A stretch of 64,000 nucleotides of DNA, taken from the human T2T-CHM13v2.0 reference genome, Homo sapiens. The translations under genes were made by a program, and so were the position numbers. This document shows, in pieces, positions 13,774 through 29,500 of the stretch. Location: NCBI RefSeq assembly GCF_009914755.1, contig NC_060931.1. One strand, written 5' to 3'. Position 1 is the first letter of the stretch. Every line of letters begins with the position of its first letter. Below the pieces are notes generated by a model that worked only from the letters and a program-made list of their open reading frames with translations, was not told the DNA's origin and ran no database searches.

Positions 13774-15702
13774 TATTATGTAGTTTTTTAAAAGAAGTGA
13801 TGCATTGTTTAAAATTAATCTTTCGATTCAGCCTTTCTGAATTTTTATTTGTATTTATGTTCTTTGACACACAACACTTTGGTGCTCCTCTGCTTTTAAT
13901 CAAAAATATTTAGCCTTTATTGCATAGAAAAATGTGTATGTTTCAATTGTTGGACCTCGTAAGACTTCTTCTACCCTAATTTCTACTTTATGGGTCCTTT
14001 TTAGTTATTTTTTTTTCTTTTTCTTTTGACTTGTCTTGTTTGCCTTTACCTTCATTTTTACTTTTACCTATATTCAAGGCAAATTTTAAGTACTTTTTTG
14101 CAGAAGATTTATTTTAAACCATCGCAATTCCTCTGTGATGTCTTTGCACATGAACATTAAACTACTTGAATTATAAAATCCTTTATCGACAAGGGTTTGT
14201 ATATTTTAACTTCAGGGATGCTTTATCCTGATCGATGATGATTTGGATTTCCCCCCCAATCTCAATACTACTGAACAGATGCTAGATTTGTGGTCTAGCT
14301 CTGACACACACTTATTTATTAGTGGCTCTGTGTGTGATTCTTAGCAATTTCTCAGCAGCAATTTTGACTTCAGGATATTCTGCATCATTTGAAAGATTTG
14401 CAATTGATTTGTTTTATGTTTGCCTCCTTGGATGATGACACCATTTGCTAGTCATCAAGAATGACAGACAAAGATATTGACATCACTTTGGACTGATTTT
14501 AAATGTGGTTATATAATTGATTTATTAGTGTATGTGCTTGGATTACAATGTTTTTGTTTTCATAATAAAACTTGTAATTGTGGGGTATTAGATAACACCA
14601 TGCTGTATTCTTAAATGGTCTTTCAGAGTATCATTTCATTTGTGTCTGTATGATAATCAGATGTCAATGGCAGATGTCAATGGTTTCCATTTGTACAGGA
14701 TTCAACACAACTTATGGCAGTAAAATAAGCCCTTCTAAAATTTCGGTGAATTATCAGAGAGGTTCATCCCGGGGCCCAGCTCAAATGCAAGTGTCTCCAT
14801 TTGTTGAATTAGGAAGTCTATACAACACCACACCAACCCATGGCACTTCCACTGTCTGGAATGCACTTTCTAGATATGGAACTTCTCTCCCATCCCCCAG
14901 AAATATCTATTCACAAATGTTCTAGCCTACTGCACTTAACCACCAGACTAGCTGCTGGTTTCTTCCTTGCGTTGTATTTATTCACAGTTCTCCAATCTAT
15001 GTTTATTCATTCGCTTATTTACATTTGTGTATCTGTAGCCTGTTTCACAATGCATTGCCCTTCACAACCACTTGGTATCATGTATTTGTCCTTGTTGCTA
15101 GAGGCAGGCTCATACTGGCTTTGATAATTGATCATGTACATCTCTGTCCAACTCAGAGACTCTTCTCAGCCTCTTCAGTGAGGTCACATTAGTAGCTCAA
15201 AATTGGCCTTGGTGGAAGTAGTCAATGGCAATTATTTTTTTCTGGACCTTTTAAAAAATTTTCTGACAGCCAGTTAAATACTAATCAAGACACCACTAAG
15301 TTTCCTTTTTCCTTATCTTCTTAGGTTTAATCCTGCTCCTAATTCTACTTTTCCTTATTTGTTCACAGTAACTTGGTATTTGTCGATTTTGTTAACTCTG
15401 TAGCTATTATTTAGATGATCACTGATTTTCCTAAATTTAGTTCTTGTTCAGATTATCAATTTAGGTATGGTATAGAGCTACAAAACTGATTTCACTACAT
15501 TTTATTCTATTAGTAATATTGATTTTTTTCTAATTCATAACATTCCATTCATCCTTTGTACCATGTCACTATGAAGGGGTTAAGACCAGTTCAGAAGGAC
15601 TGGCTTCAGTATCTGAGATCATAGCAGGCCTCCCTGAAGCCTCAGGCAGCCTGCATCCCAGCACACTCCCTGGCCCAAGGGTGTTTATGAAGTGCACCTT
15701 TT

Positions 15703-16020
<318 letters not shown>

Positions 16021-19000
16021 AAGTGTACCTCAGCAGACATATGGAGGATGGAGCTGGGGATGACCCATTGGGCTGACGCAAGTAGGGGCCACCTGGACCA
16101 CACTGACAGGCTGTAGGCTGAGTGCTGCTTTCTGAATTGGAGTTGCAAGTGAGACCAGATATACAGGGAATGCTCATCTTTTGTTTCTTCTGGGTACATT
16201 ACAAATGATTATTCCCTCATTTCTGAGTCACATCACATTCACTTCATAGTCACATCACAAACAAGCTGATGTTTGTGACTTTTAAAATATATTAATGGAA
16301 TTTGGAGAAGGGGCATTTCCTGGTGTTGCCATTTTTCTGTTTTTCAAGATGCTACTTAGGCTTCTATTGTGAAGGTTAAACTTGACGGCATGTCATAGTA
16401 ACCAGTGAATTGAGGTCTAACTATAAAAATAAGACAGTATAATTTAAACATATCATGGCAACATTAGTGCTTTCCCACATACTTGAAATTGTTATGCCTC
16501 AAATGTGGGGAAGTAGAGGGAAGAAATGCATGAGAGGCAGAAGATGATGACAAAATCAGGGCAGCTAAGACATTGAAATGGGTCCAGTGAAAGAAGGAGT
16601 CCCGGGAGCTAGACACCAAGGCTGGTCAAAGGCGAGGATGAAAAGAGGAGCGGCTACAGGGTGATGACCTAGTCAGAATTCTGGGGACACACAATGGCCA
16701 TCCATGCAGACCCTTTTTGCTCCTTAAGTTTGCCCTAGGAGCTCCTCAAGGCTTTCACGTTGCTTTTGCCAGTGACCACTGAAATTGTACTGGAAGAAAA
16801 AAGAACTTATTGGAAATAAACAACAAACCTGATTAACATATTTTGAATATATTCTATTTGAATTCAAATAGTCCAAGTTGGTCTTTAACGATAACAAATA
16901 GGTGCCCCAGTATGCCGTCATTCACGCTTGCAATTCTGAAATAGGGAGACCATCTGGCATGTTAGATCCCACTGAAAAAGTTTGAGAGACAAATATATGT
17001 TTTGCAAAAGAGTCAAATAACTAATCTCAATTTTAATCTTGTGATTAGAATTGGGATCTAATTCTAGGTTTCAGTTTTCCCATCTGAGTGTTGAAGTATC
17101 AGAACAAAGAACACCAAGGCCTAATATTTTGTAGTTTGAGCATTTCAAAGCCTCAATTTCCCACCTCACATTTAACACCCATACATCTCCTTTAGGAACA
17201 GAGGGAATATTAACACAGATGAAGCAGAGCTCTGTGGTCTTAACAATGAACAACTGCATAAGTAGCAAAAAGACAAGGTGATGTACTATCCTAATAATTT
17301 TCCCAGGTCAAGCGTATTTGATAAAAACTTTGAAATTCTATTATATAAATTATATTCTGACATAAATGGATCAGGGACACATGCAAAATTGTATTTAATT
17401 TCTAATGGTAGGACCATCAGGAAGACAAAAGAACTTGTTCAAAAACAGGGATTTACAACAGTCAGTATGGAAAGGAATGCATATATAAGATTGCTAAATT
17501 ACATAATATGCTGTTTGACTTTTTACAGACCAATAAATCCATAACATCTCTAGGTTAGCATCCCTACTGAACTATAGAATCATAACACCTTATCAATTTC
17601 TGCAGGCTAACTTCTCATTTTATAGGGATACTTAGGATCTGCTCCTTTCTTATTTGGGAATTGTTAGTCAAATATACTGTGACAGTGAAATCATCCCAAA
17701 GCTACTTTTAGCCATGATGGAACAGGGTGCATGAGAGTAACTCCCACTACTGAGAACAAATCTAAGGGATAGAATGCACACACATTAAAACACAAAGCAA
17801 AACAAAAAAAAAAAAAACTGATTTGAAAGCATGAGAGAACAAAGGACTTGAAGGTCTAGCTCTCACAGGAAAGGAAGGCTCACTGAGATAAACCCCAGGT
17901 TCACCTCCTTACTTTAAGATTCTTTTAAGATTTGTATTTAAGGATTTGTATCAGGCAATAGGAAACTCACAAGCCAGGAGACGGGTAAACAGGCATAAAA
18001 AAAAGGTCCTTTAGAAGACAACAAATGAGATAAAAGGAACAAAAAAAGATGGGCTAAATAGGAAAGAACTACTAAGGCCATAGATTTAAGCCAAATATAT
18101 TCATTACTATATTGAATAAAAATCAATTAAATATATTTTTAAGACAAAGATTTTCAAACACAGTTTCTTAAACTCCATATTCTGCTTTCAAGGGACACTT
18201 TAACTGCAGGATGGCAAAAATGTTGAATGTAAAAAGATACAAATATGGACCCTATAAATTATAACCAAAAAAATGCAGTTAGCAGAACAGACAAAGTAGA
18301 TTTTAAGGCAAGAAGCATCTCTTGAGACAAGCGATAAAAGCCTCAATTTAGCCAGATGACATTACTCTGCTAATTATATATGTAACTAATAGCATAGCTT
18401 TAAAGTAAAGCAAAATTGGAAAGAACTAAAAAGAGAGATGACAATTCCATAATTATAATTGGAAGTTTTATTTGTCATCACACATCAGACAAAGGACTTT
18501 TGCAGAGTACATGAAAATTCTGACAAATAAATAAGGACTTGACAACCAGTAGAAAATAATGACAAGATACTTCAAAAGACACATATTAGCAGAGAATATC
18601 CAAACAATCAGTCATCAAGGAAATGCAAGTTAAAGCCACCATTCGATACTATTGCACATCCGCCAGGGTCGATAAAATATAACAATAAAAAAAAACAGCA
18701 ATAATACCAACATCAAGCTCTGGATCAACTGGAGTTCTTATATACTGATTCTGATGTAATCACTTTGGGAAAACATTTATTGCTTTCTGCTACAGCTGAA
18801 AGTACACATGCCCTGTGACCCAACTCTTCCATTCCTGTGATAGTTGCACAGCAAGGACACTTCTAAAAATGCTTATGGAAGAATGTTTTACTTCATAATA
18901 GGTCCTTTTAATAGCTACCACTATAGTACTCTAACTTTCTGCTATTGATAGATACTTTAAAGTAAATATCTATCAAGAGTAGAAAGTAAATGTCTATCAA

Positions 19001-19036
19001 GAGTAGTAAATAAATTTTGATATATTCATAAAATGA

Positions 19037-19418
<382 letters not shown>

Positions 19419-21120
19419 AGACAAAGTAGATTTTAAGGCAAGAAACATGCAACAATGAGAATGAAATAAGTAAAGCTACTTCGACAATGTGAATAAATCT
19501 TATGAACATAATATTGAGGAAAAGAAGTCCTGCTATACAGGGGTATATACATTATGATTATCTAAGGAGTGCAGAGATAGGCAAACCTATTTTATTCTGT
19601 TAGAAATCAGCAAAGGCACATGAGGGGGCTTCCCAGGCCCTGGTCATGTTCTGTTTCTTGATTTGTGTTGCAGTTTCATGCTGTGTTGGCATTTTTGTGT
19701 GTGCTCTCTCAGCTGGGTGGGAAGGCCTATGTAATAATACTTGCCCAGTGAGTTAGCTTGTGCAAGCCCCAGGGATCTGCCTCTCAGTTCTGCATATTGT
19801 GTGCAAAGGAGACAGTGACATTTTTTTACTTACATTTTATTCGTTCATTTTTCAAACACTGCTCCGTGGAATGAATATAAATGTTCATCAGATCCTAATA
19901 ACTGTGAGAAAAGACTTCTATGGTCAAGTGAATTTAGAAAATGCTGCCCACTCTGCCCCTTTCGCTGAGGTTCTCAGTATATGTTAGCATAATTAAGGTT
20001 CTGAAAAGATCTTCAATGAAGAATCCTCACTTAAGTTGTTTAATGAAGCCTGTCCCCAATTTATTTGACAGCGGGGACACTTTTTTAAACAGGTTACCTT
20101 TTGCTATATTGGAATATGAACTTTGGGAAATATTTTTCCTTTTTTATTCCTTTGAGGAGGACATATTATTTCTGTTTCCTGAGAATGTTGAGCATGAGAA
20201 TACTTTAGCCTTTAAAAATGGAGATATATTTTATATCTTGAATTTTGGTGGAGACTGGGTGGCATATGATAAATCAACTTGAAAGGATTGGAACAGGGTA
20301 ATCAAGGAGTTATGCACTAGGTTCCACGAATCTAGAATACGGCATGTTCCCAGAGGGCTGGAAGGAAGAGTATAAACTACAAGAAGGGCTCCTATTCCTG
20401 CATAGCACTCCCTGGGAGTCACTGAGAAAGACAGGATATTAATTTGGCAGGATAGTTTTCAAGCTGGCAGGCGTTTTCTTTTGATGAAGATTATTTCTTC
20501 CATAGAGACAAAATTTGATTTTTTTCGTGCTTGTTTTAGTCCCTCTTTAAAAACTTTTGCTCATTTGAACTCTTAGTTAAAAATGATTTTGTACTAGGTC
20601 CTTACTAGGAAAACACACATGTCCACATGAACAAATAAATGTGCACAAACACATCAACATATTTTTAGTTTACTCTTAGTGAAATGAAAATGTATCTTAG
20701 GAAACCAGTTTTTTTTTTTTTTATCCTTTTGAGACCAGTACCCTGTGAAACTAAAATATGTCAGGTATATAAAAGGGAAATCGAAATACAATAGATGTTG
20801 ATTCCTCTGTATAAATAACAGTTGGGAAATTTTACATTTGGCAGTCAGAGCTGGTGCTAAGGAACATAATTTACAATAAGTTACAGAAAAAGCAGCTGTT
20901 TCAAAAGAGGTTTGGGATGTAAAGTTTGGAATACTTGGGAATTATCTGTTGTTTAATTTCAGAAAATGGAAAAAAATTACCAATAGTCTAGTGCCTAAAA
21001 TAAAATGCGTTGCCACAAGCAGATGCTGGACCCTGCTGGGCTCTCACTGCTTGGAGTTCTGCTCCATGGGGGCTGTGTCATTCTGGTGTGACGAACCATT
21101 CCTCAACACCTAGTCCTGGA

Positions 21121-21232
21121 TGGAAGGGGAGGAGATATGACATAGACACCTATGTGTGTCGTTTCTAGGCTTTTTCTGGAAGGGGAGGAGATATGACATA
21201 GACACCTATGTGTGTCGTTTCTAGGCTTTTTC
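21121..21232. repeat. Perfect 56-bp tandem duplication
   Basis: tggaaggggaggagatatgacatagacacctatgtgtgtcgtttctaggctttttc occurs twice with no mismatch. Confidence 0.97.
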
Positions 21233-21504
21233 TTTTCTTTCTTTCTTTTGACAGGTTCTCACTCTGTCATCCAGGCTGGTGTGCAGTAGCACAATCACAG
21301 CTCACCTCAGCCTCGACCACCCAGGCTCAGGTGACCCTCCCACCTCAGCCTCCTGAATAGCTGGGATTATAGATAGCACCGCCATGCCCGGCTAATTTTT
21401 GTATTTTTTGTAGAGACGGGGTTTTGAACACCTGGGCTCAAGCAGTCCACCTGCCTCGGCCTCCCAAAGTGTTATGATTACAGGCATGAGCCACTGCACC
21501 TGAT
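21233..21504 (-). mobile_element. AluJ with an internal deletion
   Basis: J diagnostics (cacagctcac, ctgggctcaagc). Part of the left arm is missing. Confidence 0.85.
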
Positions 21505-22090
21505 CCTTGTTCATCAACACAGTCTTCCTATGGCTTACCATCCCTTGTTATAAAAATCCAAAACATAGTGGCAATTTATCCACCAACTCAGCTGTGATAC
21601 TTTTATTTCAGTATGCCAATTCATTATTTAATTTGAAGACTTAACTCAACTGTACATATACTGAGCTCTAGCTCTGTGCTGCATGCAGCACTAGACCCTA
21701 GGGTGAGGCTGCAGTGCTGTGTTGGCTCCTGTCCTGAGGGACTTCCAATCAGGGAAAAGCGTGGGTGGGGGCCTAGGGCTGTCACTGAGAAGGCTGTTTT
21801 GCTGGAGACACAGGAGCAGCCAGGAGGGGAGGCTCAACTAAAAATAGCCCAAGAGGTTCTAGCCAGATTTGGAATTTGTAAGCTACAGCCTTATCATCTG
21901 TTCAGCGCTAAGTGCAAGCACCTATCCTGGGCTAGAGTGTGCTGGCAACTAGGGCAGCAGTAGGCGCCGAACACAGCCTCTGCATTGCAGGAGACATGTT
22001 GTGAAAGACTTTTTTTAAGGGATGGAAGATGGCTCTTCCCCAGTCAAGAGTGAGTTTTTGTTAAATGTGCTAGGCCATTCTGATACTATA

Positions 22091-22467
22091 TGTCTAAGTC
22101 CATTCATGCTACTATAACAAAATACCACAGGCTGGGTAATTTATAAACATCAGAAATGTATTTTCTCACAGTTCTAGTGGCTGGGAAGTCCAACATAAAG
22201 GCACTTGCAGATTTGGTGTTTGGAGAGGGCCTGTTCAATTGATGGTGTCTTGCCATGGTAGCGTCCTCACACAGTGGGCAGGGGAGGGATGGAAAGGATG
22301 AACAGTTCCCTCACATTTGTTTCCTAAGATCACCAAATCCCACTCATGAGGGCTCTGCCCTCATGACTTAATCACCTCCTGAAGGCTTCACCTCTTAATA
22401 CTATCACATTGTTGATTAAGTTTCAATGTACGAATTCCAGGGGGACACCAATATTCAGATCACAGCA
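22091..22467 (-). mobile_element. MaLR solo LTR (MST/MLT1A-like)
   Basis: tgtctaagtccattcatgctactataacaaaatacc...attcagatcacagca. Confidence 0.8.
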
Positions 22468-23131
22468 TTGTGCATCAGCACCAGTGAGCAGGGTGGACAT
22501 ACTCATGGAGTCCAGATGGTATAAACAACAAAAAAACCCTTCACAATGTGAACCCTCTGCTCTGACATCAAATGATCACAGAAAAAATCAGTTAAGCCAG
22601 GTTTATCAGCTGTCCATGAGGCAAGAAAAGCATTATATCCTATAGCAATTTCAAAATTAATCATTTTTAACCAGAGCATCCTTTAACTGAAACCATGCAA
22701 AATCAACACAATGTAACATATCAGTAATTAATTATCAGCCATAGGACTTGGACTAATAGTCTCTCTGAGTCTCATTTTTCATATTTATATAATTTTTCTG
22801 CCTGCATATTTCTTGTAATATATAGCATATAAATATAAAAATTAAGTAGCATATAAATATGAAAATTAAGTATAATCAATGTTAATTAATTAAGATTAAC
22901 CCATTCTCCCACTTAATAATGAAGTTAAATGTATGGGAGGTTACTTGCATTGAGTAATTATAATAGTAGAATCCATTTGTATATATGTATAAATTTTATA
23001 CATTCTCTTAAGTAATTCATATTTTCATTCACCAGGTAGTCATGAGTGATATATTTTCCCAAGATTCTTAGTAGTTATTGTGCTTCAAGTCTATAAAATT
23101 AAAGTAAACGTTTAATGAAAAAGAAAGTACA

Positions 23132-23500
<369 letters not shown>

Positions 23501-23954
23501 TTAGAAAAGAGAAAAAAATTCCTAAATCAATAATTAAGTTCCTACTTGAAGAAACTTGAAAAAGCAAAGCAAAATAAACCAAAAGCAATGGAAAGAAAAA
23601 ATAGTAAAGATGAGAACAAAAATCAGTAAAATTGAAAACAAAAAATCATGTAAGAAAATCAATGAAACCAAAAACTGGTTGGTTCTTTGAAAAGATCAAC
23701 AATTAAACACATAGCAAGACAAAGGAAGAAAAGAAAGAAGACATGAATTACTAAAATAAGTCATAAAATAGGAGGTATGATTACAGGTCCAACAGACATT
23801 AAAAAGAAAATGAAGGAATATTATCAGCGACTCTATGCACATAAATTTAACAAGTAAGAAGATGTAGACAAAGTCCTCAAAAAATGCAAACTACCTCAAT
23901 TCATTCAATATGAAATAATTCGCTTGAGAACTATTAAGAAAATTGGATTGATAA

Positions 23955-24267
<313 letters not shown>

Positions 24268-26183
24268 GGATTGATAATTTTTTAAAAACTCAAACTCAAT
24301 AGTAATACCAAACATTGAAAGAAGAATTAATTAGTATCCTTAAATCTCATCCAATAATTTCCCAACTCATTCCATGAAGTTATTATTATCCTGATACCAA
24401 AACCAAAGACAGTGAAAAAAATACAGGTCAATATTTTGCATGAATACTGCCACAAAATTTCTTTTAAAATATTGATAAAAAGAATACATCAATACAGAAG
24501 AAGAATTGCATGCCAAGAACAAGGGGAGTTTATTCCAGATATGCCAAAGTTGGCTTAGTACTCAAACACTGATCAATAGAGTTTCCAGTCTGGCATGTAG
24601 AAGCTTGGAAGTTGCAACTCTATCCTAAAAACAGGTAAAACTCTGAACAAACTAAAAAATCAACAACTCTTCTTGGATCCCTCAGAGGTCACAGGACAAA
24701 CTGTTACTCTCCAAATTGAAGAGACCTGTAGGCAAATACAGAAAATCACAACTTACCTGAGCAGAAAGCTCCATGGGAACCAGTATTGGGTTAGGAAAAT
24801 GTAAACTGTAATTGAGGAAAACCTAACCGGTAACTGATGAATTGCTGGAAGTTTGCTGGACAAGCTTGAAAGTAAAAAACTCCACAGGGATTCAGTCATA
24901 GGGTCACAGTTCCCACACTTTGAGTTTTACTGCCAGGAGCTCAACAAGGTTCTCACAGTGAATATTAGAGAAAAATTCGCTCACACTTCTTGCAGGGGGA
25001 GGGGAAAAATAGCCATTTGAAACACTCCAGAGCATTGTGTTCTTCTCAGTTCTCAGGAGAAACTGTTTAACAAGAACTTAACCTGCTAGGGTTTTATCAG
25101 AGCCTAACTGATCTGGGTGAAGAGAAATACTCAACTTTAGCCCACTATAGCCTTCCTGTACAACCATTATGTATGCTTTACATATATGTGTGTGTGTGTG
25201 TGTATGTATGTGTGTGTGTATATATATGTGTATGCTTTATATGTGTGTGTGTATATATGTGTGTGTATATATGTATGCTTTATATATGTATATACACACA
25301 CACAAACACACAGATATAAGCATAAATACATTGTTGCTGTTATTATGAACTGTTATCTTTTAAATCAAGGTAAGAAAACATCGAAGTTTTTTTTTTTAAA
25401 AAAACCTTCACTTATTCTTTCTATGATGTTACTTCTTTCTTTATTTAGATATGGGTTTCTTACCCATACAATTTTCTTTCTCGCTAAAGAACTTTGAACA
25501 TTTCTTGTAAGGGTGGTCTACTAACCACAAATCCCTCAATATTTGTTTGTCTGACAAAGTTTTTATTACTCCTTCACTTTTGAAAGTTAATTCTGCAGGC
25601 TACAAAATTCTAGAGTGGTGATTTTTTCTTACAACACATTACATATGTATATACACACACACATATCATAAGCATACACACACACATACCCATATATGTA
25701 AAATATATGTAAAATATACATAACCTACATAAGCTTATGTATAACAGAAATGAATGACAGCAGTAGGACAATGGATAAAAAGAAGAATTAGGTTTATTTT
25801 GTTATTATAAGATACTCTCATTACCCACAAAGTGGTTTAGTGTTATTTGAAAGCTGACTTATGTTAGCTGTATACTGCAAAGTCTAGGGCAACCCCTATA
25901 AAAAGTAAAAAAGGAAATATACCATGTATGCTAAGAAAGAAGAAAAATAGAATCATAAAGTGCTAAATTAAAGCCACAAAAAGCATAAAAAAGTTGAAGA
26001 CAAAAACAGGAACAAAGAGCAAGTGCAACAAATAGAAAATAGTGAGAAATATGGCAGATATTAATTCAACTATATTAACAGTCACTTTGAACATAAATGG
26101 GCTATATACACCAAGAAACAGATTTTCAAAGGGGATCAAAAACAACACACCACTATTTGTTGTCTGCAAGAAATCAGACACAT

Positions 26184-26525
26184 AGACTATCCCCCCTTAT
26201 CCACAAAGGATATGTTCTACAACCCCCAGTGGATGCCTGAAACCTTAGATAGTATTGAACCCTATACATACTATGTTTTTCCCTTATAATAATGGGTGAG
26301 TAGCATACACACCAAGAATATGCTAGACAAGGGGATGATTTATGTACCAGGAAAGATGGCATGGGATGGCATGAATGTTCATCATGCTATTTAGAGCAGT
26401 GCAAAAAAATTAAAGTTTAGGAGTTTTTTATTTCTGGAATTTTCCATTTAATGTTTTTGGATTGCAGTTGACCATGGGTAACTGAAACCATGGAAAGCAA
26501 AACTGTGGATAAAAAGGGACTACTA
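26184..26525 (-). mobile_element. MER44A-type (Tigger7-derived) DNA transposon inside L1
   Basis: TIRs ...ccccccttatcc / ggataaaaagggactact; ~340 bp. Confidence 0.8.
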
Positions 26526-29500
26526 TATAGCTTCAAAGTAAATGGATGGATAAAGTTACACCATGTTAAGACTAATCAAAATAAAGGATAAGTAGCTATA
26601 TTAATTTCTGACAGAGCAGACTTCAGAACAAGGAAAGTTATCAGCCAGAGGGAGGTATTATATAATGATAAATGAGTCAATTATTCAAGAAGACACACAG
26701 GTCTTCAATATGCATTTGCCTGAAAACAGTATCAAAACACATGAGGCAAAATCTGATAGAACTGCAAGAAGAAACAGGTGAATCCACTTTTATACTTGCA
26801 TATTTCCACACCCCTCTACCAGAAATGTATAGATTCGGGAAGCTGAAAAATCAGTAAGGACATAGTTGACCTGAAGAGTACCATGAGTCAAGTGGATATA
26901 ATTGACATCTATTGACTACTTCATCAACAATAGCATAATACACATTATTCTCAAGATGATATGGAACCCTTACTAAGATAGACCACATTCTGGGTCATAA
27001 AATACCTTAATAAATTTTGAAAAATGGAAATCATACAATAGCTGCTCTCAGACTACAAGGGAATTAAATTAGATATCAGTAATAGAAAGATACCTGGAAA
27101 GTCCCCAAATACTTGAATGTTAAACAATAAACTTATAAATAACACATGGAGCCTAGAAGTCTCAAGAGAAGTTTAAAAATATTTTAAACTAAATAAAAAT
27201 TTAGTTTATTTTAAACTAAATAAAAATATATGTGTGGGATATAGTGAAAGCAGGACTTTAGGGACATTTGTAGCATTGAATGCATAAATTAGAAAAGAAG
27301 AAATCTAAAACCAATAATCTAAGCTTCCACCTTTAGAAACTAGAAAAAGAAGAGCAAATTAATTTCAAAGTAGGCCAAAGAAAATAAATGGAGCAGTAAT
27401 CTATTAATTTAAAACAGGAAAACAATAGAGAAAGCTGATTAAAACAAAAGCTTGTTTATTGAAAAGATTAATAAAAGTTCTAAGTATCTCACCAAGCTAA
27501 GAACAAAAAAGAGGATGCAAATTGCTATAAGAAACAAAAGAGAGGACATCATTACAGATCCCATGGACATTAAAGGGATAATAAAAAAATACTACAAACA
27601 ATCCTATTCCTGCAAGTTTAATAATCAAGATGAAATGAACCAATTCCTTGAAAGACACAATCTGACAAAGCTCACACAAAATGAAATAGATACTCCAAAT
27701 AGGTCTATATATATAAAAGAGATATAATCAATAATTAACATCCTTCCAAAACAGGAAGCACCGTGGACCCAGATAGGATCACTGGTGAATTATACCAAAC
27801 ATTTAAGGAAGAACTGATATCAATATTTTACAATTTCTTTCAGCGTTACCCTATTACCAAACCAGACATAGACACTACAAGAAAGGAAAACTAAAGACTA
27901 ATATTTCTTAAGAATATAGATGCAAAAATCCTCAACAAACTATTAGCAAATTGAACCCAACCATGTGTAAGAATAATTATACATCACAACTACATGGGAT
28001 TTATCCCAGGTATGCCTTAATTCATCACATCAGCAGGCTAAAGAAGAAAAATCACGATGATATCAGTAGATACAGAAAAAAGACCTGACAAAATCTAACA
28101 CCCTTTTATGATAAGGTAAACTAGGAACAGAGGAGAACTTCATCAACTTGATAAAGACTATTTACAAAAAACCTACAACATCGTACTTACTGTTGAGAAA
28201 CTTGAAGCTTTCCCACCAGGATTAGGAACAAAATAAGGCTGTCTCCTTTCTTCATTTCCTTTCAACATCATAGTGGAAGTCCCAACTACTGCAATAAGAC
28301 AAGAAAAAGAAATAAAATGTATACTGATAGGGAAAGAAGAAATAAAACTGTCTTTGTTTGCAGATGACATGATGGTCTGTGTAGAAAATTCAAAACAATC
28401 AAGAAAAAAAACTTCAGGAACTAATAAGCAAGATTGCAGTGTACAAGGTTAATAGACAAAATTCAATCACTTTCCTATATACTAGCAAATGACAACTGTA
28501 ATTTAAAATTAAATACATAATACATTTATATTACTATCACCAAAAAGAAATACTTAGGTATAAAATTAGCAAAATATACATAAGATCTATATGAGGAAAA
28601 ATATAAAATTATGATAGAAAAAATCATAGAATATATAAATAGAGAGATGTTTCAAGTTCATGGATAGAAAGACTCAACATTATCAAGATCTATTGTTGAG
28701 CAATAGATTCAACACAATCCCAAACAAAATCCCAGGAAGCAATTTTATAGTTATCAAAACGGATCCTGTTTTATCTGGAGGGGCAAAAGACCTAGAATAG
28801 CCAACACGATATTGAAAGAGAAAAACGTAGCTGAACTTAATATAAAGCAATGGTAATCAAGACAGTGTGGTATTGGCAAAAGAATAGACACATTGATCAA
28901 TGGAACAGAATAGAGAGCCCAGAAATAGACTCAGATAAATATGAACACTGTTTGCTAACACTGTTAGCTAACACTGTTTGCTAACAGAGTAAACATAGTA
29001 CAATGGAACAATGATAGTTTTTTCAACGAATGGTACTGGAACAACTGAGCATCCACATGTGAAAAAATAAATCAAGAGACAGACTTTACACCCTTCATAA
29101 AAATTAACTTAAAATAGATTATATACCTACATGTAAATCATAGAACCATAAAAGTCGTAGAAGATCACATAGGAGAAAGTCTAGATAGCTTTGGGTTTGG
29201 TGATGAATTTTTAGATACAACATCAGTAACATGAATAATAAAGAAAGAATTGATGGGCTGGCCTCCATTAAAATTAAAAATTTTTGCTCTCTGAAAGATG
29301 TTCTCAAAAGAATGAAAGGCAAACCACAGACTGGAAGAAAACATTTGCAAAAGACATAAAAAAAACTGTTGTCCTAAATATACAAACAATTTTGGAATAG
29401 AATAAAGAGGGAAGAATCATTCCACCCCATTTAAAATCTATTGTATTGTGAAGAGGACAGACACATAGATCAGTGGAACAGCAGAACACAGAAACAGACC

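Noticed and set aside
21954-21968. CTCF-like motif gcagcagtaggcgcc
   Set aside because: Three mismatches at informative positions; expected by chance in 64 kb.
28944-28986. Triple 13-bp repeat (also short duplications at ~14658, ~18961 and 22823-22870)
   Set aside because: Ordinary slippage duplications with no spacers; not CRISPR-like, and no sign of function.
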